Positions 57,475-64,000 of a DNA stretch of 64,000 nucleotides are shown here, piece after piece. The position numbers and the translations under genes were made by a program. The notes under the pieces are model-generated. The model was not told the origin of the DNA and did not search any database. It was given only the letters and a program-made list of their open reading frames with translations. The DNA is taken from contig JBFHDX010000007.1 in the NCBI GenBank assembly GCA_041584475.1, positions 248 to 64,247 on the forward strand, written 5' to 3'. Every line of letters begins with the position of its first letter. The first letter of the stretch is position 1. Source of the stretch: Alphaproteobacteria bacterium. Lineage in GTDB: Bacteria; Pseudomonadota; Alphaproteobacteria; UBA8366; JADFVY01.

Positions 57475-57722
57475 CGTCGGCACCTCCGCCGCAGATGTAC
57501 GCAACGATTCCGTCATGGCAGCCACTACACCCTGGTATCCGGTCGCAGCGCGCTCTTCGCGCTCTGGACGCCACCCCGCGTCGTGCACGTCTGGAGGCCT
57601 TCCGGTCTCGTGCGCAGCGGTCGGTCGTTCGCGGTAACGCGCCGAACGACAAGGTCCGCGGGCCGGTAAGCCCACTCACTGCCCGTACTATCGATCAATT
57701 CACAATGCCCTTGCCGAAGCGT

Positions 57723-57734
57723 GCCCCCGATTTC
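57723..57734. promoter_or_regulatory. third (inverted) copy of the GAAATCGGGG motif, upstream of luxR
   Basis: CCCCCGATTTCC on the plus strand, which is GGAAATCGGGGG on the minus strand. Confidence 0.3.
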
Positions 57735-57914
57735 CACCCGTCTTGGCGGGTACTGCCATATTTTTGGCGCGACCGTGCATCGATTGCAAGAAACTATCGC
57801 CTTTCGTGTACCATCCCGAAGTACGTACGCGCCGCCGCCGGTCGGCCATGCGACGACCTCGGCGCCGCCGCGTGGCGCCGTGATCCGCGCAGGCCGCAGC
57901 GTCGCGGCGTCGAA

Positions 57915-59339
57915 TCAGCGTTGCGTCAGCTTCAGTTCGATGCGCCGGTTGCGCGCGTACGCGTCCGGCGTGTTGGTGGGATCGAGCGGCTGGTACTCGG
58001 CATAGCCTGTCGCCGCGAGGTTGCGCGCCGGTATTCCCTGCAGCTGCAGAAAGCGAACGACCGAGATCGCCCGGGCCGTCGACAGCTCCCAGTTGGACGG
58101 AAACTGCTCAGTCCGGATCGGATTCCTGTCGGTATGGCCGTCGACCTGCAGGATCCAGTCGATGTCCTTGGGAATCCGGCCGGCGATGTCGATCAGGGTG
58201 CGCGCCAGCGCCCCCAGCTGCTCCTTGCCGGCCTGGCCGAGCTCGGCTTCCCCGGAAGCGAACAGCACCTCGGACTGGAACACGAAGCGGTCGCCGACGA
58301 TACGGATGTCCTGACGGTCGCCGAGCACATCGCGCAGGCGGCCGAAGAATTCGGAGCGGTAGCGGGACAGTTCCTGCACCTTGCTGGCGAGTGCCGCATT
58401 GAGCCGCGATCCGAGGTCGGCGATCTGCGCTCTCTGCTCCTTGTCCCTCGCTTCCGAGGCCTCCAGCGCCTCGTTGAGCGCGGCGATCTGGGCGCGCAGC
58501 TGCGACAGCTGACGGTTCAGGAGGGCCAGCTGGGCCTTGGCCGCGGCCGAGATCTCGCGCTCGCGCAGCAGCTCCTCCTCTCCGGTCTTCGTCTTTCGCA
58601 TCATCTGCTGCAGCTGTTGTTCCAGCTCCTCGCGGTACGCCTGCATGGCGATGATATCCTGGCGCAACTCGGCAAGCTCCCTGAGCTGCAGCTCGACCGT
58701 CTCGCGCTCCGTCGTGACCGTCTTGTTCGCCTCCTCCAGCTCCTTCATCCGTCGCGCCAGCTCGGCCGCGCTGTCGGCGTAGGCTTGCTCGCTGCGCGCC
58801 AGCGCCTCCTCGGTCAGGCGGAGCTTCTGCGTCGCCTCCTCGAGCGCCTTCAAGCGCTCTTCCAGCGTCGCCTGCGTCGACGTCAGCTGGCCGCTGCGCT
58901 CGGCGAGCAGGGCCTCGGAGGCCTGCAGCGCCGCGGCCAGACGGCTGCGCTCGGCATCGGAGGAATCGATGCGGTCCTGCAGCTCGGCGACCTGCGACGT
59001 GAGCCGGTCGCGGAGACCGCGCAGCGAGCCCAGCTCGCCGGCGAAGCGGTCTCGTTCGGCGAGCGTGCTCTGGAGTTCCGCGGAGAGCTGGGCGACCGAC
59101 GACTGCAAATCGGCGTTGGCCTCCTGCTCGAGGGCCAGCTGGTTCGCCAGTTCCGCGACCTGCCGGTTGAGCCGGTCGAGCGCCTCGTCGCGCCCGCTGA
59201 GCGCCTCGCTCAGGTAGAACTGGGCGACAACGAAGATCATCAGCAGGAAGATGATGACCATCAGCAGCGTCGCCAGCGCGTCGACGAATCCGGGCCAGAT
59301 GTCGACGGCGTTGCGGCCCCGGCGGGAGAGCGCGGCCAT
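57915..59339 (-). CDS. MotB-like protein: N-terminal TM plug, ~300-aa coiled coil, C-terminal OmpA-type peptidoglycan-binding domain
   Basis: 474 aa. It has WPGFVDALATLLMVIIFLLMIF (MotB-type TM with Asp), a long Q/E/L/A/R heptad-like region, then GHTDRNPI...NWELSTARAISVVRFL. Confidence 0.85.
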   Translation of the reverse strand: MAALSRRGRNAVDIWPGFVDALATLLMVIIFLLMIFVVAQFYLSEALSGRDEALDRLNRQVAELANQLALEQEANADLQSSVAQLSAELQSTLAERDRFAGELGSLRGLRDRLTSQVAELQDRIDSSDAERSRLAAALQASEALLAERSGQLTSTQATLEERLKALEEATQKLRLTEEALARSEQAYADSAAELARRMKELEEANKTVTTERETVELQLRELAELRQDIIAMQAYREELEQQLQQMMRKTKTGEEELLREREISAAAKAQLALLNRQLSQLRAQIAALNEALEASEARDKEQRAQIADLGSRLNAALASKVQELSRYRSEFFGRLRDVLGDRQDIRIVGDRFVFQSEVLFASGEAELGQAGKEQLGALARTLIDIAGRIPKDIDWILQVDGHTDRNPIRTEQFPSNWELSTARAISVVRFLQLQGIPARNLAATGYAEYQPLDPTNTPDAYARNRRIELKLTQR

Positions 59340-59342
59340 GGC

Positions 59343-60488
59343 TCAGGCCTTCTTCGCAGGCTGTCCGGAGGCAGCGGCGACGGTGCGGGCGAGCAAGCGG
59401 ATCTCGCCGCGCAGCTCCTCGAGCGTCTGCGCGCGGCCGGACGATGCCTCCTCGGCGACGCGGGTCAGCGTCTTGTCCATGTTGCGGACCGCCTGGCGGA
59501 TCGCCGGATCGCCGCCGACCGTCTCGGCAAGCTTGCCCAATACCGGTTTGAGCTCCGCCTGCGCCTCCGCCAGCTTGACCAGCAGATGCTGTTCCGAGCG
59601 CATCTGGTCGCCGAGCGCGCTCAACTTTTCGGTGAGTTCCAGCATGTGCCGGTCGGTTGCGCCGCGGTTGGTTTCCGCCTTGCCCATCGTCCGTTCGAGC
59701 CTTTCGAGGCTGTCGGCGGTCTTCTCGAGCAGCGCCTGGATGTAGGCCGGGACCGAGCCCTCGCCCTCGGCGACGATGCCGCCGCTGAGCCGGGTCAGGC
59801 CCGACAGCCAGTCCTCCAGCTCGTTGTAGAAGCGGTTCTGGGCGTGGCCGGCGACCAGGTCCAGGATGCCGAGGGCGAGCGAACCGGCGAGGCCGAACAG
59901 CGACGAGCTGAACGCCGTGCCCATGCCGCCGAGCGGCGATTCGAGGCCGGCCTTGAGGCTCTCGAACATCGCCGTCATGTCGCCGCCGACGCTCAGTTCG
60001 CCGATCACCTGGCCGATCGCGCTGACCGTCTGCAGGAGGCCCCAAAAGGTGCCGAGCAGGCCGAGGAAGATCAGCAGTCCGATCATGTAGCGGGAATATT
60101 CGCGACGCTCGTCGAGCCGCGTCGAGATGCCGTCGAGCAGGGTGCGCATCGCCACCGTCGACAGGCTGAGGCGGCCGCGCGCACGCTCGCTGCGCTCGCC
60201 GAGCATCGTCGCCATCGGCGACAGCAGGCGCGGCACGGCGTCGCTCGAAACCGAGGCCTGGTCGCGCTGGAAGCTCTCGATCCAGTTCACCTCGGGCGCG
60301 AGCGAGCCGACCATTCGCAGCGTGTGCAGCACGCCCATCACGAACACGAAGAGGATGATCCCGTTGATCACCACGTTGGCCATGAAGGCGTCGATCAGGT
60401 CGCCGTAGATCGTCGCGGCGCCGATGCCGGCGATGATGAACCCCAGGATTAGGATCATCCGGGCAAGGAAGCCGCTGGGTCTCGTCAT
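59343..60488 (-). CDS. MotA/TolQ/ExbB proton-channel family protein with a ~170-aa helical C-terminal tail
   Basis: 381 aa with four TM segments and the MotA_ExbB core (IFLGLLGTFWGLLQT...GMGTAFSSSLFGLAGSLALGI). Its stop lies 3 nt before the MotB-like start. Confidence 0.85.
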   Translation of the reverse strand: MTRPSGFLARMILILGFIIAGIGAATIYGDLIDAFMANVVINGIILFVFVMGVLHTLRMVGSLAPEVNWIESFQRDQASVSSDAVPRLLSPMATMLGERSERARGRLSLSTVAMRTLLDGISTRLDERREYSRYMIGLLIFLGLLGTFWGLLQTVSAIGQVIGELSVGGDMTAMFESLKAGLESPLGGMGTAFSSSLFGLAGSLALGILDLVAGHAQNRFYNELEDWLSGLTRLSGGIVAEGEGSVPAYIQALLEKTADSLERLERTMGKAETNRGATDRHMLELTEKLSALGDQMRSEQHLLVKLAEAQAELKPVLGKLAETVGGDPAIRQAVRNMDKTLTRVAEEASSGRAQTLEELRGEIRLLARTVAAASGQPAKKA

Positions 60489-60543
60489 GAAATGCTCCTC
60501 AACTCGATGCCGTGCATGACCGTGCCCGGAGTCACCGGCTGCG

Positions 60544-61416
60544 TCATTGTGGCGGCACCTTCACGTCGACCCGATTTCTCGGTGTTTCCTCGGTTCGGGA
60601 CCCGAGCGCACGCACGTCGATGCGGGTGCTCAGAACGCCGCGGTCCACGAGGTAGCTGCGCACGTCGCGGGCGCGCAGCAGCGACAGGCGCCGGGCCTCG
60701 CTTTCCGTCGGCGAAGGCGTCTCCGCGTAGCCAACGACCTCGATGCGCGTCGACGGGTTTTCGCGCAGCCATGCCGCCAGCCCGTCGAGCGCCGCCCTCG
60801 CCGTATCGGGCAGTTCCGTCGCCTCCGCGGCGTAGCTGATACGGATGTCGCCGGGCCGGGCGAGCGGTTCGACCACCGCATCCGTCGCGCCACTGGTATC
60901 GTCGGAATCCGGCGGAAGTGTGGCCAGTTGCGGCGATCCGGGCGGATTCGACAGGTCGGGCGGAGCCGGCGGCGTGGCGGCCCGCGCGGCAGGCGGGGCG
61001 GCTGCAGGCACGCCCGGCGCGGTGCTCGGGACCGGCGCAGCTGCCGGCGCGGCGGGAGGCGGCGCGAGCGACGGCGGCGGCGGGGACGCGAGTTTCGGCG
61101 GCGGCGGCGGGGACGCGAGCCGCGGCGGTGGCGGCGGGGCCGTCAGCCTTTCCGGCGGTTGTTCCGGCGGCGTTGCCGCCAGCCGCGCATCCTGCGGCGT
61201 GGCCGACATCCAGCGCTCGAATTCGTGCGGCGTCACCAACAGCCGCGATGCGGGCGCGCTCGGCGGCGGGTCCTGCAGGTCCTGCGTCGCCGTCTGTGCG
61301 GCCGCCGGCCCGCCGGCGACGAGCATCGGCACGGCGAGCACGGACATGGCGGCGCGGCTGCGCCAGCGACGGCCCGCGGGCCGCCGCACGCGCTTCTGGC
61401 TGTCCCTCTGTGTCAT
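60544..61416 (-). CDS. secreted proline-rich protein with a degenerate OmpA-like C-terminal domain
   Basis: This is ORF 60544..61497. I prefer the start at MTQRDSQKRVRR...MSVLAVPMLVAGGPAAAQ (61416). It has ~150 aa of P/A-rich sequence with RLASPPPPP repeats. The C-terminus reads IEVVGYAE...ARRLSLLRARDVRSYL. Confidence 0.7.
   Translation of the reverse strand: MTQRDSQKRVRRPAGRRWRSRAAMSVLAVPMLVAGGPAAAQTATQDLQDPPPSAPASRLLVTPHEFERWMSATPQDARLAATPPEQPPERLTAPPPPPRLASPPPPPKLASPPPPSLAPPPAAPAAAPVPSTAPGVPAAAPPAARAATPPAPPDLSNPPGSPQLATLPPDSDDTSGATDAVVEPLARPGDIRISYAAEATELPDTARAALDGLAAWLRENPSTRIEVVGYAETPSPTESEARRLSLLRARDVRSYLVDRGVLSTRIDVRALGSRTEETPRNRVDVKVPPQ
61051..61140 (-). repeat. ~27-bp tandem repeats inside the proline-rich coding region
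   Basis: GGCGGCGGCGGGGACGCGAG units on the plus strand encode (R/K)LASPPPPP x ~3. Confidence 0.7.
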
Positions 61417-61563
61417 CGGCTGTGGAACCGCGGCCGTCCATTTCGTTGTCTGCCGTTCCGGCTTCCGCCCGCCGCAACAGGCCGCGCCGGCGCGCACCGA
61501 ACATACCCCGGACCGTGGCTGGCGGACAACATCCGCCGGCGCACGGCGCCCGGGCCCGTCCGT

Positions 61564-62367
61564 TCAAACCGCATCCCGCAGGATCTTGACGAATTCCGCG
61601 TGCAGCCGGTCGTTGGCGGCAAGGATCGACGGCGACTCGAGGCGGTGGGCCGCGCCGTCGATCTCGGTCACGTAGCCGCCCGCCTCGCGCACGAGGACGA
61701 CGCCCGCCGCGAAGTCCCACGGGTTCAACGCGCTCTCCCAGAAGCCGTCGTAGCGGCCGGCCGCGACGTAGGCGATGTCGAGCGCCGCCGAGCCCCAGCG
61801 CCGCACGCCGGACGTATGGCGCATGGCGCTGGCGAGCTGGGCGATGAAGGTCCGGTGACCGTCGCCCTCCTGGTGGCCGAGGAACGGGATGCCGGTGGCG
61901 AGCAGCGCGTCGGCGAGCCGGCTGCGCCCCGAGACGCGCAGACGGCGGTCGTTGAGAAAAGCGCCGACGCCCTTTTCCGCCCAGAACACCTCGTCCTTGA
62001 CCGGGTCGTAGACGACGCCGGCGATGATTTCCCCGGCGCGTTCGAGCCCGATCGACACGGCGAAATGCGGCAGCCCGTGCAGGAAGTTCGTCGTTCCGTC
62101 GAGCGGGTCGACGATCCAGCGGTGCTCGCTGTCGCTGCCCTCGACCGCTCCGCCTTCCTCCATCAGCAGGCCGAAAGCCGGGCGCACCTTGGTCAGCTCC
62201 TGGCGGACGATGCGCTCCGCCTTCATGTCGGCGGTGGAGACGAAATCCGCGGGTCCCTTGCGGCTGACCTGCAGCTGCTCGACCTCGCCGAAATCGCGGA
62301 TCAGCGCGCGGCCGGCCTTCTCGGCGGCGCGCACCATGACGTTGATGTTGGCCGATCGCAGGGGCAT
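61564..62367 (-). CDS. suhB: inositol monophosphatase family protein
   Basis: 267 aa with WIVDPLDGTTNF and WDFAAG motifs. Confidence 0.9.
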   Translation of the reverse strand: MPLRSANINVMVRAAEKAGRALIRDFGEVEQLQVSRKGPADFVSTADMKAERIVRQELTKVRPAFGLLMEEGGAVEGSDSEHRWIVDPLDGTTNFLHGLPHFAVSIGLERAGEIIAGVVYDPVKDEVFWAEKGVGAFLNDRRLRVSGRSRLADALLATGIPFLGHQEGDGHRTFIAQLASAMRHTSGVRRWGSAALDIAYVAAGRYDGFWESALNPWDFAAGVVLVREAGGYVTEIDGAAHRLESPSILAANDRLHAEFVKILRDAV

Positions 62368-62405
62368 GCGGGCTCCAATACGCTGTGCGAGTTGTGCGGC
62401 GCCGC

Positions 62406-62975
62406 TCAGTCGCGCGCCCGCTCGACGTAGCTTGCGTCTGCGGTGTTGACGACGATGCGGGTCCCGGATTCGATGTGCGGCGGCACCATGACGCGCACGC
62501 CGTTCTCAAGCAGCGCCGGCTTGTACGACGACGCCGCGGTCTGGCCCTTGACCACCGGGTCCGCCTCGACGATGCGCATCGTCACCGTCTCGGGCAGCTC
62601 GACGCCGATCGGCGACTCCTCGTAGGACTCGATCGTCACGGTCATGCCGTCCTGCAGGAACCGCGCGGCCTCCTCGCCGATCAGGTCGACGTTCAGCGTG
62701 ATCTGCTCGTAGGTGTCGCTGTCCATGAAGGTGTAGTCGTCGCCGTCGGAGAACAGGAACTGGTATTGCTTCTGGTCGAGCCGCACGCGCTCGACCGTCT
62801 CCGACGAGCGGAACCGCTCGTTCAGCTTGGTGCCGTCACGGATGTCCTTGAGCTCGACCTGCAGGTAGGCGCCGCCCTTGCCGGGCTGGGTGTGCTGGAT
62901 TTTCGTCGCGCGCCACAGCCGGCCCTGGTGCTCGATGATGTTGCCGGGGCGGATCGCGTTGCCGTTGATCTTCAT
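62406..62975 (-). CDS. efp: elongation factor P
   Basis: 189 aa: [21 protein letters not shown]...[14 protein letters not shown]. Confidence 0.95.
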   Translation of the reverse strand: MKINGNAIRPGNIIEHQGRLWRATKIQHTQPGKGGAYLQVELKDIRDGTKLNERFRSSETVERVRLDQKQYQFLFSDGDDYTFMDSDTYEQITLNVDLIGEEAARFLQDGMTVTIESYEESPIGVELPETVTMRIVEADPVVKGQTAASSYKPALLENGVRVMVPPHIESGTRIVVNTADASYVERARD

Positions 62976-63035
62976 GACCTGATGAAACCGCGTGGTGTCG
63001 GGAAGGGCGGCGCGGTTATAGCGGCTGCGTCGGGC

Positions 63036-63674
63036 CTACGCAACGCCGGCGATGACGTCGTTGAAGGCGCGCACCGCGGCGCCCGGCCCCTCGGCATGGT
63101 CCCAGACCGCCGAGACGACGGCGATGAAGTCAGCGCCGGCCTCGACGAGCACGCGGCAGTTCTCCACCGTGATCCCGCCGATGGCGACGCAGGGCACCTC
63201 CATCAGCTCGCTCCACCAGGTCAGGATCTCCGGCTCGGCGCGCGTCTTCGGCGCCTTGGTGCCGGTCGGGAAGAAGGCGCCGAACGCGACGTAGTCGGCG
63301 CCCTGCTCGGCGGCGACCATGGCGAGGTGGCGCGAGTCGTGGCAGGTCACGCCGACGATGGCGTCGCGCCCGACGATGCGGCGCGCCTCGGCGTAAGTCA
63401 CGTCCTCCTGGCCGATATGGACGCCGTCGCAGCCGGTTTCGGCGGCGAGGTCCGGGCGGTCGTTCATCAGGAAGGCGACGCCGCGCTGCTGCGCCAGCGG
63501 GCGCAACGCGTCCGCCGCGCGGCGGATCTCGTCGTCGGAGGCGTCCTTGAGGCGCAGCTGCACGCAGGCGACGTCGCCGGCGTCGAGCGCCTCGGCCAGC
63601 CCGTCGCGGAACGGCGCCGGGTCGAGCGCCGGCGGCGTGATCAGGTAGAGCCGGCAGCGCGTGCGCCCGGTCAT
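63036..63674 (-). CDS. thiE: thiamine-phosphate synthase
   Basis: The start is at [15 protein letters not shown] (63674). It also has [27 protein letters not shown] and AIGGI. Confidence 0.9.
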   Translation of the reverse strand: MTGRTRCRLYLITPPALDPAPFRDGLAEALDAGDVACVQLRLKDASDDEIRRAADALRPLAQQRGVAFLMNDRPDLAAETGCDGVHIGQEDVTYAEARRIVGRDAIVGVTCHDSRHLAMVAAEQGADYVAFGAFFPTGTKAPKTRAEPEILTWWSELMEVPCVAIGGITVENCRVLVEAGADFIAVVSAVWDHAEGPGAAVRAFNDVIAGVA

Positions 63675-64000
63675 GCGATGTGCCCCTCGAGCCAGTCGCG
63701 GCAGGCCGCGGCGGGGTTGCCGGCGACGCCCTGCAGGTCGAGCGCCTCGGGCCGCTCGCGGATCACGCGGGCGCCGCATTGCTCTGCGATCTCGGCGACC
63801 TTGTCGGCGGTCGCGCCGGCGAAGCGGATCGCCGTGACGCCGTCGCGCAGCGCCGCCAGCGCGTGGCCCGGCATGTCGCCGCAATCGAGCACCGGCGTGA
63901 CCTCGGCGTCGGGATGCGCGGCGCGGGCCTTGTCGACGACGGCGCGGAACCAGCCCGGCCCGGCATAGGCGGCCGCGCCCGGCGCGCTCAGCAGCGTCAC
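63671..64000 (-). CDS. hypothetical protein, 5' end beyond the right window edge
   Basis: An open frame to the window edge. Its stop overlaps the thiE start (ATGA-type overlap). Composition is coding-like. I recognise no family. Confidence 0.45.
   Translation of the reverse strand: MTLLSAPGAAAYAGPGWFRAVVDKARAAHPDAEVTPVLDCGDMPGHALAALRDGVTAIRFAGATADKVAEIAEQCGARVIRERPEALDLQGVAGNPAAACRDWLEGHIA

Noticed and set aside
57495-60452. A 985-aa plus-strand ORF across the MotA/MotB-like genes.
   Set aside because: It is antisense to two genes with clear domain signatures. The translation is low-complexity (R, L, A, Q, G runs). The same reasoning applies to 30055-32493 (antisense to the BisC-like gene), 45398-47845 (antisense to prpE), 12811-14643 (antisense to pepF), 97-1692 (antisense to the SBP gene) and 54286-55773 (antisense to the P450).
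57915-60488. Zorya (ZorAB) anti-phage system.
   Set aside because: A MotA-like protein with a helical tail next to a MotB/OmpA protein is superficially ZorAB-like. However, the A tail is short (~170 aa), the long coiled coil is on the B subunit, and no ZorC/D/E/F/G-type effector genes are adjacent; the flanks are suhB-efp and luxR. It is kept as an unclassified module instead.
1-64000. Mobile elements, CRISPR arrays, rRNA/tRNA genes, and prophage or integrase genes.
   Set aside because: I looked for transposase, integrase or recombinase motifs, regularly spaced direct repeats, and tRNA cloverleafs, and found none. The only repeat families are the short intergenic elements reported above. GC-poorer stretches (26.45-26.9 kb, 33.93-34.28 kb, 49.7-50.2 kb) are intergenic regulatory regions rather than islands.

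Overview
This is a 64-kb, very GC-rich chromosomal segment. Its gene content points to an alphaproteobacterium: the CtrA-circuit genes trcR (DUF1013) and rcdA (DUF1465), two DUF465 genes, DUF1192, a COQ9-def / rpsU divergent arrangement, split pntAA/pntAB/pntB, and a ROSE-like hsp20 leader. I call about 60 densely packed protein genes, mostly housekeeping or metabolic. They include purEK, def, rpsU, rpmE, efp, thiE, suhB, pfk, pnt, three acyl/propionyl-CoA ligases, indolepyruvate:ferredoxin oxidoreductase, a BisC-type molybdoenzyme, two MFS transporters, an ABC exporter and two MCP chemoreceptors. I saw no rRNA, tRNA, CRISPR, transposase, integrase or phage genes. Many of the long ORFs in the supplied track are antisense or off-frame artefacts of high GC. 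Several real genes are missing from the track or are mis-started in it: a left-edge SBP gene, a 55-aa DUF465 gene, and TTG/GTG starts. The items most worth a second look are: (1) an orphan three-gene MotA/TolQ/ExbB-type proton-channel module whose MotB-like partner carries about 300 aa of coiled coil, plus a proline-rich OmpA-like protein (57.9-61.4 kb); (2) a luxR-luxI quorum-sensing locus co-oriented with a small ORF and a cytochrome P450, with a shared GAAATCGGGG motif in its intergenic regions (54.3-57.7 kb); (3) a translationally coupled coiled-coil polytopic membrane protein and vWA lipoprotein pair (20.2-22.3 kb); (4) three perfect TTAA-N7-TTAA CtrA-type boxes, all intergenic, two of them upstream of the two MCP genes; (5) a dispersed intergenic repeat family that starts exactly on the CTAG stop codon of three genes; (6) an AT-richer 510-bp gap (49.7-50.2 kb) with a strong intrinsic terminator, a CCUCCC motif and a 13-nt perfect complementarity, suggesting one or two sRNAs. 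All functional calls come from reading the translations and motifs by eye. No database search was run.
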